From positions 4,864,001 to 4,928,000 of the forward strand of contig OZ220741.1 in NCBI GenBank assembly GCA_965116885.1: 64,000 nucleotides of DNA, given 5' to 3'. How positions within the stretch are numbered: position 1 is the first letter of the stretch; the number at the start of each line of letters is the position of its first letter. Shown one piece after another: positions 34,625 through 44,759 of the stretch. The position numbers and the translations under genes were made by a program. The notes under the pieces were generated by a model. That model worked only from the letters and a program-made list of their open reading frames with translations, was not told the DNA's origin and searched no databases. This DNA is from Candidatus Latescibacterota bacterium. GTDB lineage: Bacteria > Latescibacterota > UBA2968.

Positions 34625-36109
34625 ATGAAATTACTCGTCATAGGCCTGGATTGTGCGGCACCCGAACTGATCTTTCACCGATTTCGAGATGACATGCCCA
34701 CCATCGATAACCTGATCCAGACCGGGATTTGCGGCAATCTCAAAAGCACCATCCCGCCCATCACCATTCCCGCCTGGATGAGTATGGTAACGGGCAAAGA
34801 CCCCGGCACGCTGGGGTTTTACGGGCTGCGCAACCGCGCCGATTACTCCTACAGCCGTCTATCTATTGCCAATTCATCTCTCGTACACGACGATACGGTT
34901 TGGGATATCATTTCCGCTGCAGGCAAAAAAGTAATCCTCGTTGGCGTGCCCCAAACCTATCCTCCCCAACCAGTCAAGGGCTGTCTGATCGCTTCTTTTC
35001 TCACGCCGAGCAACGACAGTCCCTATACCTATCCCGATAGTTTAAAAACCGAAATCGAGCACGTATCCGATGGCTATATCATCGATGTACGCGATTTTCG
35101 CACAGATGACAAAGCGCGGTTGCTCCGCGAAATTTACGCCATGACCAAAAAGCGGTTTCGCGTGACCAGACATCTCATGCAAACCCGCGAATGGGATTTT
35201 TGTATGCATGTAGAAATGGGCACAGATCGCATCCACCACGGATTCTGGCGATTTCTGGATCAAACCCACCGAAAACACGATCCCAATTCCGAATATGTGA
35301 ACGCCATCCGCGACTATTACCGATATCTCGATAGTGAAATCGCATCTCTAATTGCTCTAACTGATAAAGACACAGCCATCCTCCTCGTCTCAGACCACGG
35401 TGCCAAGCGCATAGATGGTGGCATCTGCATCAACGAATGGTTGATCCACGAAGGGTATTTGACAATAAAAAAATATCCCCAGGAGCTTATGGCTTATGAG
35501 GATCTCGAAATCGACTGGACAAAAACCACAGCCTGGGGTGCAGGTGGCTATTACGCGCGCATCTTTCTCAACATTGCCGGACGCGAACCAAAAGGCATTG
35601 TGCCCCCCGACCAATACCAGGCCTTATGTGCTGAACTCTCAAAAAAAATCGCGGACATCCCCGACGACAAGGGCAATCCCCTGCCGACACAGGTCTTCAA
35701 ACCAGAAGATATTTACAGCACTATTAACAATATCCCGCCCGACCTGATCGTCTATTTCGGCGACCTGCGCTGGCGTTCTGTTGGCACAATAGGCCATCGC
35801 GCCATCCACACCCTTGAAAACGACACCGGGCCAGACGATGCCAACCATGCCCAACACGGTATCTGTATCCTCAAAGACGGCACGCACACCGGCGAAAAAT
35901 ACAATCTGGAAATACGCGACATCGCACCAACTATCCTGGGCCTCATGGATATGCCCATTCCCGCTGACATGCAAGGCCAGGCAATAGTCAACACCCCTTC
36001 AACTCATGCACCATCGGACGCACAGCCTTCACACACGGACGACGAGGTCTATACAGAAGACGAAAGAAAAGCACTTGAAGATCGGCTCAGAGCACTGGGA
36101 TATTTGTAA
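34625..36109 (+). CDS. Alkaline phosphatase superfamily (nucleotide pyrophosphatase/phosphodiesterase-like) protein
   Basis: VIGLDCA, STIPPITIPAW..TGKDPG, DRIHH, VSDHG; C-terminal RLRALGYL. Confidence 0.9.
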   Translation: MKLLVIGLDCAAPELIFHRFRDDMPTIDNLIQTGICGNLKSTIPPITIPAWMSMVTGKDPGTLGFYGLRNRADYSYSRLSIANSSLVHDDTVWDIISAAGKKVILVGVPQTYPPQPVKGCLIASFLTPSNDSPYTYPDSLKTEIEHVSDGYIIDVRDFRTDDKARLLREIYAMTKKRFRVTRHLMQTREWDFCMHVEMGTDRIHHGFWRFLDQTHRKHDPNSEYVNAIRDYYRYLDSEIASLIALTDKDTAILLVSDHGAKRIDGGICINEWLIHEGYLTIKKYPQELMAYEDLEIDWTKTTAWGAGGYYARIFLNIAGREPKGIVPPDQYQALCAELSKKIADIPDDKGNPLPTQVFKPEDIYSTINNIPPDLIVYFGDLRWRSVGTIGHRAIHTLENDTGPDDANHAQHGICILKDGTHTGEKYNLEIRDIAPTILGLMDMPIPADMQGQAIVNTPSTHAPSDAQPSHTDDEVYTEDERKALEDRLRALGYL

Positions 36110-36116
36110 TTGTCTG

Positions 36117-37001
36117 CTAAAAAACCCGAAAACGCGCGGGCAAAGGCGGCATCCCCCCGTCCTGTGTCGTAACAAAACCGCCAACGGCATTGGCTTGCTC
36201 AGCGCATATCTGCATTGGTGCCCCAACGAGTAAATGCATGACAAATGCCGCCGTAAAAGCATCGCCAGCACCTACTGTATTCACGACCTGTTGTCTTTTC
36301 CCCACCGCCTGCCAAATTCTCCCCTCACTCACAATCCGACACCCGTGCTCTCCCAGTGTCAAAATCACACATTGCAGGTCAAAACGCACACAAATATCTG
36401 TCAAAAAAGCATCCACATCTTCTTCCCCCCCCACATAATCGCGCAGCAGAACCACTTCCTCGTCATTTAACTTCAGCACATCAGCGCGTGCTATAGATTC
36501 TCGCACAATCTCATCAGTGTGATAGTGCTGTCGAAAATTGACATCGAGTACGCGCAGACAATCCGGCGGCGCCGCATCCAAAAAATTTGTAATTGTCCGA
36601 CGGCTCTGCGCGTCGCGTTGATCTAGCGTTCCAAAACACAAGGCGTGAGCAGAACGCGCGATCGGTGCCAATTCTGAACACCAGGTAATCGCATCCCACG
36701 CCACGCCTTCGACAATTTCATAAGCTGGTTGCCCATCTACAAAAGTCACATTCACGCTACCCGTTGGCCGATGGGCATGCACCTGTACAGCATCTGTCCC
36801 CACCCCTCGTCCACTCAAAATCTCAAGTGCTATCTTACCCCGCGCATCGTCTCCCACACAACTCACCATGGCAGAACGCGCACCCAAAGCAGCCGCATGC
36901 ACGGCAAAATTTGCCGGCGCGCCTCCCAATCGCTCGCCATCGGGAAACACATCCCACAACACGGCACCGATAGCGACCACGCAAGGCGGCTCACGGCGCA
37001 T
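36117..37001 (-). CDS. PfkB family carbohydrate kinase (fructokinase-like)
   Basis: GGAPANFA, DVNFR, LKLNDEE, NTVGAGDAF. Confidence 0.92.
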   Translation of the reverse strand: MRREPPCVVAIGAVLWDVFPDGERLGGAPANFAVHAAALGARSAMVSCVGDDARGKIALEILSGRGVGTDAVQVHAHRPTGSVNVTFVDGQPAYEIVEGVAWDAITWCSELAPIARSAHALCFGTLDQRDAQSRRTITNFLDAAPPDCLRVLDVNFRQHYHTDEIVRESIARADVLKLNDEEVVLLRDYVGGEEDVDAFLTDICVRFDLQCVILTLGEHGCRIVSEGRIWQAVGKRQQVVNTVGAGDAFTAAFVMHLLVGAPMQICAEQANAVGGFVTTQDGGMPPLPARFRVF

Positions 37002-37984
37002 TACCGCGATACCTTTACAGCCTTTTTTGCAGAAGCCGAGCGATAAGCGGCCTCGGACAAGCGGGCGACCTGCAAAGCGAAATCCGGCGGCGAATACCCC
37101 ACGCCATCGTTGCGGATCAGATCAAAAAATGCCTGATCGGGCGTCGTCTCCTGGATATGTGGCGGAATTTCGAGTGGTTTGTCATTCAGCAAAACCGACT
37201 GCACCTGCCACCGGTGCAAATGGAACACCAGACAGCCTTTGCTTCCATGAATGGCGATTCGCTCATCGTGATGCGCCGCATTGCCAAAGGTATTCAGCGT
37301 ACCCGCCCCGCCACCTTTGAAACGCACATTGACCACCATATTGGTATCCACGGCTTTTCCCGCGTTCTCCGCAAAGGCCGAGACCTCCACAGGCTCCAAT
37401 CCCGTAATCCACAACACAGAGGCAACGAGATGGCTACCCGTATCCATAAACATGCCGCCCCCCGACAACTCGGGATCCAAACGCCAGCCGCGAATACTTC
37501 CCCAATTTTGCGTCACATAAGCCACCACGCCGCGCAACTCTCCGAGTTCACCTTGCCGAATCAATTCACGCGCATAAACGTGGGGAGCCATATAATTGCG
37601 TTGATAGGCCACCACCAGATACAATTTCAATTTATCCGACAAATTGATCAGCGACTTGGTCTGCCGAGACGCAACAGTGAGGGGTTTCTCAACCAGAACG
37701 TGCAATCCCTTTTGCAAAGACAGGCGGGCGTGTTCATAATGCAGCGCATGGGGAGAACTGATCAGCATGGCATCGAGCGCCTCATTCCGCACGAGTTGGC
37801 GATAATCTTCATAAAAAGATACCTCACTCCCCCAAGCTGCCATCAATGCCTCCGCCTGGCTCTCATCGGGGTCGGCCACCCCGATAATCTCCACGCCCCC
37901 ATCGGCTTTCAAACGAGGCAAATGCGCCCTCTGCATATTGCCGCCACATCCGATCAAACCGAGCCGAATTTTTTCTTTAGACAT
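37001..37984 (-). CDS. Gfo/Idh/MocA oxidoreductase
   Basis: GLIGCGG, HVLVEKPL, SGGGMFMDTGSH; start MSKEKIR at 37984. Confidence 0.9.
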   Translation of the reverse strand: MSKEKIRLGLIGCGGNMQRAHLPRLKADGGVEIIGVADPDESQAEALMAAWGSEVSFYEDYRQLVRNEALDAMLISSPHALHYEHARLSLQKGLHVLVEKPLTVASRQTKSLINLSDKLKLYLVVAYQRNYMAPHVYARELIRQGELGELRGVVAYVTQNWGSIRGWRLDPELSGGGMFMDTGSHLVASVLWITGLEPVEVSAFAENAGKAVDTNMVVNVRFKGGGAGTLNTFGNAAHHDERIAIHGSKGCLVFHLHRWQVQSVLLNDKPLEIPPHIQETTPDQAFFDLIRNDGVGYSPPDFALQVARLSEAAYRSASAKKAVKVSR

Positions 37985-38025
37985 CGCGCAGAACCTCCCG
38001 GTTATTGTGATTAATATTTTAATTA

Positions 38026-38832
38026 CTAAGCCGCCGACTCGGCGACCATCGTGACTTCTTCCCTGCCTTCTAACCCGGCAATCACCGGAAATGTGCGCGA
38101 TGAATCCCTTCCCCGCGCCATATAACGCACAGTAGGTGGAAAATAGGCGTAGAGTGCCGTATGCCTCGGACGAGGTGAATTGTTGGGGCCAGAACCGTGT
38201 ACACACAAACTGTGAAACAAAAGGGCTGTTCCCGCTTTGAGCGGCACCTCAATCGCCTGTGAAGTATCCAAATTTTTTCGATCTGTCAACTTTGCATCTT
38301 GAGGCCGCGCAATATCGCCCCATTTCTGCATGCCCCACTTGTGACTTTTGGGAATCACCCGAATACAACCATTCTCAGAATAGGCATCTGTCAATGCAAT
38401 ACTCACCGTGACAAGCGCTGGCGGCTCCATCGGCCAATACGCCGAATCTTGATGAAAACCATGCGAGGACCCGTGAAACGCGGGCTTGAGCATAAGCGTG
38501 CTGCGAAACAACAACAAATCGGGTCCAATCAGATTCTGAACCACGGGTACGAGTTTGGAATGTGCCGCCAAATTCTTGAACACATTGGAAAAATCGCGCG
38601 TCTGCTCAATCTTTCGCAACACGGGCAAGCCATCTTGCTCTTTGTCCCTTGCATAAGGCTCGCGCTGAAAACTACCCGAACGCTTATCGCCATTGGCGGC
38701 CAAATCTGCTGCCAGTACGTGTAATTTGTGAATCTCTTCTTCACACTCGGCCAACTCCTGGGGCGACACCACATCTTCAACTACGAGATAGCCCTGATCA
38801 TAAAAAAATGCTTTCTGTTCTTCTGGCGTCAT
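38026..38832 (-). CDS. Phytanoyl-CoA dioxygenase (PhyH) family
   Basis: QGYLVV, FHQDSAYW, ENGCIRVIPKSH, VHGSGPN. Confidence 0.92.
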   Translation of the reverse strand: MTPEEQKAFFYDQGYLVVEDVVSPQELAECEEEIHKLHVLAADLAANGDKRSGSFQREPYARDKEQDGLPVLRKIEQTRDFSNVFKNLAAHSKLVPVVQNLIGPDLLLFRSTLMLKPAFHGSSHGFHQDSAYWPMEPPALVTVSIALTDAYSENGCIRVIPKSHKWGMQKWGDIARPQDAKLTDRKNLDTSQAIEVPLKAGTALLFHSLCVHGSGPNNSPRPRHTALYAYFPPTVRYMARGRDSSRTFPVIAGLEGREEVTMVAESAA

Positions 38833-38896
38833 TTTTCTCCTCCTCAAAAACTTTATAGTATAGAAATCATAACACAAATGCCCGCGTCAAGCAAAG

Positions 38897-38926
38897 AAAA
38901 AGGGCATCGGTTATAGACCGATGCCC
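38897..38926 (-). terminator. Rho-independent terminator
   Basis: GGGCATCGGT/ACCGATGCCC stem with a T-run on the minus strand. Confidence 0.8.
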
Positions 38927-38952
38927 AAGGAGATATATTTGTGCAATAACCT

Positions 38953-39894
38953 TTATTGCGAAGGGCGGGGCAGCACCACAAAACCCACCGAATCCACGGA
39001 CGCCGATCCGAAAATCCCTATACCCCCATCAACGTGAAACAGCGGACGCTCAAAATTGTCGCCCGCCAGGCCGCCGGGCTGAAACGCATTGCCATCATCA
39101 TCTTGAAAAAACTCGGGCACAGAGCGAATCAAATCAAACCAGTTCTTGTCAACCGCATAAATGCGAATGACATGAGGCCCGGCATATGCCACCGCAAACC
39201 AGGGGAAGCGCACGATGCCATCTGTACCCTCAAATGCCGGTGAACTGCCGTATCGTTCAAAATCCGCCCTCTCATCGTCATCGACCAAATCGGAATAAAC
39301 CACAAAATCCGATTCCGGATCCAGGCTCTCAATTGCAATATGGTAGCCACTGACAGGAAGCGGATCAAATCGCATTTCCAGAAGGCCATCTTGATAGACA
39401 ACGCGATTCTCCTCCACATTGCCATCTTCATATCTGTTCAATGGACGGATGACCTCAAGTGTCTCATCATCTATTAATGCCGCCTCTTGAATATCGAATC
39501 TGCCCGGTGTGACCGTCTGTGCTGTGGCTTCCCTGCCCTGTGATCGCACGCGCAGATTATAAGTTGTATTTGGCAAAACGAGAGGCGCGTTGGGCGGGGG
39601 CATATATGACCCAGAGGAAAAACCCGAACTCGGGCGGTACACAAACGTCTGTTCCCCCTGAGTGATCACGACCTCGGCATCACCCACACCTGCCCAGGGT
39701 TCAGAATACCCCACGTTTGCTTTTACTGTCTCACTGATCAACACCTGTGGTAGGGGTTTATCGACAATCAGCAGCGCATCCACAACCAGAACACCCGACG
39801 CATCAGGGCCAAAAAGACTCGACGGATCGCGCTCGGCCTCACATCCCACCAGCACGATCAGGCAACCCATCATCAAAACGAAATATTTCATCAT
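38953..39894 (-). CDS. DUF4249-like lipoprotein partnered with a TonB-dependent receptor
   Basis: Lipobox LVGC; C-terminal HVDGGIGIFGS; directly downstream of the receptor. Confidence 0.75.
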   Translation of the reverse strand: MMKYFVLMMGCLIVLVGCEAERDPSSLFGPDASGVLVVDALLIVDKPLPQVLISETVKANVGYSEPWAGVGDAEVVITQGEQTFVYRPSSGFSSGSYMPPPNAPLVLPNTTYNLRVRSQGREATAQTVTPGRFDIQEAALIDDETLEVIRPLNRYEDGNVEENRVVYQDGLLEMRFDPLPVSGYHIAIESLDPESDFVVYSDLVDDDERADFERYGSSPAFEGTDGIVRFPWFAVAYAGPHVIRIYAVDKNWFDLIRSVPEFFQDDDGNAFQPGGLAGDNFERPLFHVDGGIGIFGSASVDSVGFVVLPRPSQ

Positions 39895-39901
39895 ACCCCT
39901 C

Positions 39902-42124
39902 TTAAAAATTAAAATTGATCCCCAGAGTCGGCACGATTGGCAACATCTTGACCACATCTGGATCAGACTCATCAAAAATCACAAACCACTCATTGCGCCG
40001 ATTAAATACGTTAAACACCTGGACGTAAAATTCCCCATTCACCTCAAACGCTCGAAACCGCACCTTCACATTTAAATCCAATCTCTGATAGGGCAACAAG
40101 CGAGCACTATTGCGGTCTGAGGGAAGCACCAGGTTTTCTATTTGACGGTGGGACACTGCGGGCGAGCGCAATGAATAACGCGCAGATGCAGGTGTAAATG
40201 CCTGTCCCGTGCCATAGACATAATTCGCCCCCAATGACCACCGGCCCAGGCGATAATTGCTCACAAAAGACACATCGTGGCGTCGGTCGTATTTGGGGGG
40301 AAATGCCTTGCCCTGATTGAGTTCGGCAAATGTGCGGCGCGTCCATCCCAGCGTATAACCTATCCATCCCGTCAATCGTCCGGTACGGCGCTGTAAAAAG
40401 ACTTCGACACCAGTTGCATACCCGGTTCCCCCACTCACAAACGTATCCTCTACGTTCTTCGCATCGATATCTGCGGCGATGCGATTGTCCAGTACAATCA
40501 GATTCGCCATATCGGTATAATAGGCTTCCACAGTAGCCTGATAACGCTCGGAAGGTTCCCACTCCACACCCGCCACACCCTGCCAGGACCGTCCGGGCAT
40601 CACCGACTCATCCAGTGGCACCCAATAATCACCGCCGCTAAACAACTCGGTAGTCACCAATTGCAAATACTGGTGAAATGAGCCGCCAGCCGCCTTCCAG
40701 CGCCAGTTACCCTTGCGGTAGCTCATTGACAAACGCGGCTCGACATGAAAGCGATCACCAGCGCTAAAATAACTGCTCCGCATGCCCAGGCGAATATCTG
40801 TTGCAGAGCCGGGCTGCCAGTGATCCTGCACATACATCGATAACAAATTGGGGGTCAGACGCAGGTCAAATTGGCTTGAGCGATTAAATTCCTGATAAAA
40901 TTTAAAATCGTAGTGCGTCGCCAAAAAGCCCCCGCTGATGGCGTGATCGTGCGCGGCAAACCAATCCACATCGCCTTTGATGGTAAAATCGGTAATACTG
41001 TTGGAAAGCAAAATGGGCGTATCGAGAATATTCAGTTCTATCTTGCTGGCATAATCGCTACCCGCCACCACAAAATTGCCAAACAGGGCGGGCGAAAACA
41101 CATGCGTCCACTTGCCCAGAAAAGCCGTATTCCCCCACCGAATGCCGAAAAACGAATCCTCGTCAACATCAAAACTCAGATCATCTCGGCCAAAATACCC
41201 ACTGATCTGCACTTTGTCATTATCCGAAAAATCCTGATTGAGCTTGGCATTCAAATCGTAAAAATAATACGTGGGAACATCTGTGTCTTCATCCCGGATA
41301 AAAGACAATAAAGGATCGATATAAGTACGCCGTCCCGACACCATCCACGACCCCTTTGGCGTTGGGCCTTCGAGTGTCAAACGCGCGGCAATAAGACTTA
41401 TTCCACCGCTGGCATCAAATCCCTTGCGATTGCCGTCCTTATTGTGTACGTCGAGCACAGATCCCAAACGACCGCCGTATTTCGCCGGATAAGCCCCTTT
41501 GTGCAAACTCATATCCCGAATGGCATCGGGATTAAACGTAGAAAAAAAACCAAATGCGTGCGATGGATTGTAAAGCGGCATTTGATCCAATAAAATTAAA
41601 GTCTGATCCGGGCCGCCACCACGGATATAAAGTCCCGAACTGATATCCGACGCGGCCTGAATACCGGGTAAAAGGTGTAATGAGCGCAAAATATCCGTCT
41701 CGCCAATAGCTGGCATCTCGCGGATTTTTGCCGTTTCTACTTCTACAAACCCCGGCTGAATGAGCTGCTCTTCCTCCTCGCGCTTGCCCTCCACCACGAT
41801 CTCCTCCACGACTATTAGCTCGGGCTTGAGTTGCACATCGAGCCGCCTTGTTTCCCCCGCTCTAAAACTCAGCGTATCCTGGAAACTGATATACCCAATA
41901 TAAGAGATGGTCAACACATAGGAGATATCCTCAGGAACTCCTTGAATGGCGTAATATCCATCCACATTGCTCAGCGCACCAATGGGCCTGTCTGCGCCTT
42001 TTAACACCACGTTCGCATAGGGCAGCGACTCACCATTGCTCCGATCCGCAATAAACCCACTCAGCGTTGCCGCACGAACAGACAACGGCAATAACATCAA
42101 CAACAGCACCCCCAAAGACTTCAA
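39902..42124 (-). CDS. TonB-dependent receptor with N-terminal CarboxypepD_reg-like domain
   Basis: GESLPYANV, SYIGY, plug LLPGI..GLYIRGGGPDQ, YPAKYGGRLGSV; C-terminal F. Confidence 0.93.
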   Translation of the reverse strand: MKSLGVLLLMLLPLSVRAATLSGFIADRSNGESLPYANVVLKGADRPIGALSNVDGYYAIQGVPEDISYVLTISYIGYISFQDTLSFRAGETRRLDVQLKPELIVVEEIVVEGKREEEEQLIQPGFVEVETAKIREMPAIGETDILRSLHLLPGIQAASDISSGLYIRGGGPDQTLILLDQMPLYNPSHAFGFFSTFNPDAIRDMSLHKGAYPAKYGGRLGSVLDVHNKDGNRKGFDASGGISLIAARLTLEGPTPKGSWMVSGRRTYIDPLLSFIRDEDTDVPTYYFYDLNAKLNQDFSDNDKVQISGYFGRDDLSFDVDEDSFFGIRWGNTAFLGKWTHVFSPALFGNFVVAGSDYASKIELNILDTPILLSNSITDFTIKGDVDWFAAHDHAISGGFLATHYDFKFYQEFNRSSQFDLRLTPNLLSMYVQDHWQPGSATDIRLGMRSSYFSAGDRFHVEPRLSMSYRKGNWRWKAAGGSFHQYLQLVTTELFSGGDYWVPLDESVMPGRSWQGVAGVEWEPSERYQATVEAYYTDMANLIVLDNRIAADIDAKNVEDTFVSGGTGYATGVEVFLQRRTGRLTGWIGYTLGWTRRTFAELNQGKAFPPKYDRRHDVSFVSNYRLGRWSLGANYVYGTGQAFTPASARYSLRSPAVSHRQIENLVLPSDRNSARLLPYQRLDLNVKVRFRAFEVNGEFYVQVFNVFNRRNEWFVIFDESDPDVVKMLPIVPTLGINFNF

Positions 42125-42212
42125 TGTTGCTCCTCCTCGTTTGTAAAATACCTGCCGCGATCTCGCTTACTGACCGTCCATAGTGTTATAACACTCATCA
42201 ACGGTCAACGTG

Positions 42213-42671
42213 TCACCAGATACTCCTTTTTGTGGCAACAACTCCTTCGCGCTGGGCAATTAACCGGATGCGCTCTTGAATACGCGCGAGAATCAATTGT
42301 AGCCGATCTCTATCGGCATCTGACAGCCCATCATTCCGCCAGGGGTCCTCACTGCTTCTTTTTTGCTTGGTCATCTGCACATTGACCTCATAAGTTAAAA
42401 AATCCATCACAACCGAAATGCGCGTGCGCCGCGAAACATCCAAAAAAGTCTGACTGGCATAACTCGACTCATCGCGCCAAGCCGTCGTGACCACACCAGC
42501 CACGGGATCAACCGTTTCTACCGTATAGCCTTCTTCGTGCAAAATAGTCACAGTGGCATTGGCAAACACCTCGGGAGAAATTTTTTCAACTGACCCCGAG
42601 ATCGACACGGGATCGACCACATTGCAACCCAGCGAAAAACTCAGCAAAAAGAAAATCACAACGTTTTTCAT
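42213..42671 (-). CDS. Hypothetical lipoprotein
   Basis: Lipobox SLGC after a hydrophobic stretch; GGAGG RBS. Confidence 0.7.
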   Translation of the reverse strand: MKNVVIFFLLSFSLGCNVVDPVSISGSVEKISPEVFANATVTILHEEGYTVETVDPVAGVVTTAWRDESSYASQTFLDVSRRTRISVVMDFLTYEVNVQMTKQKRSSEDPWRNDGLSDADRDRLQLILARIQERIRLIAQREGVVATKRSIW

Positions 42672-42753
42672 AATATCCCTCCGGCTAAAAGTTCCAGGTT
42701 GTCCAGAAAATACCTGCTCGCGTTGATGGCAGACTGCACACTACCTTCCTAAC

Positions 42754-42769
42754 TGCAACTCTTGTGCCA
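42754..42769 (-). promoter_or_regulatory. Putative sigma54 (-24/-12) promoter
   Basis: TGGCAC-AAGAG-TTGCA, exact consensus spacing, 83 nt upstream of the lipoprotein start. Confidence 0.7.
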
Positions 42770-42931
42770 GAGGGATTCACACACCGACATTAAAATCTAT
42801 AAAATTATTATTTTCAACCTGTTATAAAAATTCTCTAAACTAAAAAATTTCGAAAATAAATGTAGTAAAAATTCACACTGTGCGTCAATACCACAAAAAA
42901 AGCCCCGACCATAAAGAAGGGGCTTCGGAGG

Positions 42932-43390
42932 TCATTCTGATAAAACCAAGAATAATTCCACATCGGCTTGTACTGCATGCCAAACATCTCTCAATTCCCA
43001 CACAAGGTTTTGCATTTTATCCCACACCAGGACAAATGTATAAGTGTGCCTGGATACATGGCGAAAACCAAGATATGGCTGAAGGCGTTCTATCGTTGCT
43101 TGAGTGATGACGGGCTTTCGAGACTCGGCTTTGCGTCCCATCTGAAGCAAAAGATCCTTGTGCCAGGATTCTCCTGCAGGAATTTGCCCATCAACCCGTT
43201 TGCCAATTGTCTGAAAAATATTTTCTACACCATTGTAGAAAGATTGCAATACGGCACCAAGGGCTGTATATTCTATCAGCGTTGGCGCAATTGATCGAGA
43301 AGACTCAATGAGATCATCGTATTCAGAGAGCAATTTTTCAATCTGTTGCAATTCACGCCGCACCAGAACTCGGGTCCGATCATCCAACAT
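42932..43390 (-). CDS. HEPN-domain RNase toxin (HepT/DUF86-like)
   Basis: QSFYNGVENIF, GESWHKDLL, Rx4H motif FRHVSRHTY. Confidence 0.88.
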   Translation of the reverse strand: MLDDRTRVLVRRELQQIEKLLSEYDDLIESSRSIAPTLIEYTALGAVLQSFYNGVENIFQTIGKRVDGQIPAGESWHKDLLLQMGRKAESRKPVITQATIERLQPYLGFRHVSRHTYTFVLVWDKMQNLVWELRDVWHAVQADVELFLVLSE

Positions 43391-43688
43391 GGATCAAAGT
43401 CGCTTCGCGTTCAAGAAAGGATGCCAGGTCGGCATCTGAATCCAGGTCTATAAGGTCTGTGATGCGTGTAAGTTCTAAGAGCAATTTACCTTGCAGATTG
43501 TAAAATTTATCTGGTGGGCACCCTCTGACTGCAAAGTCGATATCAGATCGGTCAGTGACACGCCCTTCGGCAACAGATCCAAAGATATAGATAGATTTAC
43601 ATCCTTCGGACTTCAATATATCCACGCCTTTTTCAATGTCTCGCAATATTGTGTCTGACAACTCTGGAAGACTGTCAACAATTGCCAT
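43380..43688 (-). CDS. Minimal nucleotidyltransferase (MNT) antitoxin
   Basis: YIFGSVAEG..SDIDFAV, DLIDL; overlaps the HEPN gene. Confidence 0.9.
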   Translation of the reverse strand: MAIVDSLPELSDTILRDIEKGVDILKSEGCKSIYIFGSVAEGRVTDRSDIDFAVRGCPPDKFYNLQGKLLLELTRITDLIDLDSDADLASFLEREATLIHVG

Positions 43689-43803
43689 TCTGCTGCACTC
43701 CTTTTACACCGCACAATGTCCTGATTTTTTAAAATAAAATGTAAGTACATTTTTAATCGATACTATTTTTTTTAAAAAATTTCTACAAGTACCCATAAAA
43801 TAA

Positions 43804-43879
43804 TGGAGCCATCCAGCGGATTCGAACCGCCGACCGCCTGATTACGAATCAGGTGCTCTACCAGCTGAGCTAGGATGGC
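43804..43879 (-). tRNA. tRNA-Thr(CGT)
   Basis: GCCATCCTAGCTCAGCTGGTAGAGCACCTGATTCGTAATCAGGCGGTCGGCGGTTCGAATCCGCTGGATGGCTCCA; 76 nt, anticodon CGT, encoded CCA. Confidence 0.97.
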
Positions 43880-43972
43880 TCTAAAATATAAAAAAATACT
43901 ATTCTCGTTCCATGCGAAAAATACACAAAGCTCTAAAAACTGTCAAGAAGGAAGAAAAAAAGGAGGTAAACA

Positions 43973-44755
43973 ATGAAATTTGTCGTCGCTGTCGATTGTG
44001 AGGGCGTAGCCTGTGGCGTGGGATCACCTGGCGCGTCCCTGAACTCTTCTCGAAATTTGGAGTTCGCAAAATTACAGGCCACGAGAGAAGCAGATGCGGC
44101 TGTCCGCGGATTATTTGCAGCCGGTGCAGAGCAGGTAATTGTATGGGATAATCACGGCGGGAGCTTGAATCTGAATTACGATCTCCTGGACGAGCGGTGT
44201 GATATCGCGCTCGGCGTGGGATTTGAACACCGATTTCCCGGCATGGACGAATCATTTGATGGTGTAGTGCTGGTCGGCTATCACGCCATGGACAATACAG
44301 TTGACGGCGTGATGTGTCATACCTTCAGTTCCGCGACGTATCAATGGATCAAGATCAACGGACGAGAAGTGGGAGAGATGGCCATAGACGCGGCCGTTGC
44401 GGGAGAGCGAGGGGTGCCCGTCATTTTTGCCTCAAGTGACGACAAGGGGACCGCAGAAGCCGAATGTTTTTTCCCAGGCGTTGTCACTGTCACGACCAAG
44501 CAAGGGATGGGATGGAATTGTGCGGTGAGCAAACACCCCAAACGGGTGGTCAATGAGATCTATGAAACAATCCAGAGCGCCGTATCCAGGCGGAACGCCA
44601 TAAAACCCTTTGCATTCTCATCGCCACTCACCATGGAAGTCCGCTATAAACGGCTCGAATCCGCGCAGTCGGCCAGCCGCGGATTTTCCGGTGCAGAGCG
44701 CGTTGATCCCTATACTGTGAGACGAACGCTGCAATCCATTCAGGATTATTATTAA
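43973..44755 (+). CDS. M55 family D-aminopeptidase (DppA-like)
   Basis: VDCEGVAC, WDNHG, VGYHA, CHT, GREVGE. Confidence 0.9.
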   Translation: MKFVVAVDCEGVACGVGSPGASLNSSRNLEFAKLQATREADAAVRGLFAAGAEQVIVWDNHGGSLNLNYDLLDERCDIALGVGFEHRFPGMDESFDGVVLVGYHAMDNTVDGVMCHTFSSATYQWIKINGREVGEMAIDAAVAGERGVPVIFASSDDKGTAEAECFFPGVVTVTTKQGMGWNCAVSKHPKRVVNEIYETIQSAVSRRNAIKPFAFSSPLTMEVRYKRLESAQSASRGFSGAERVDPYTVRRTLQSIQDYY

Positions 44756-44759
44756 AAAG

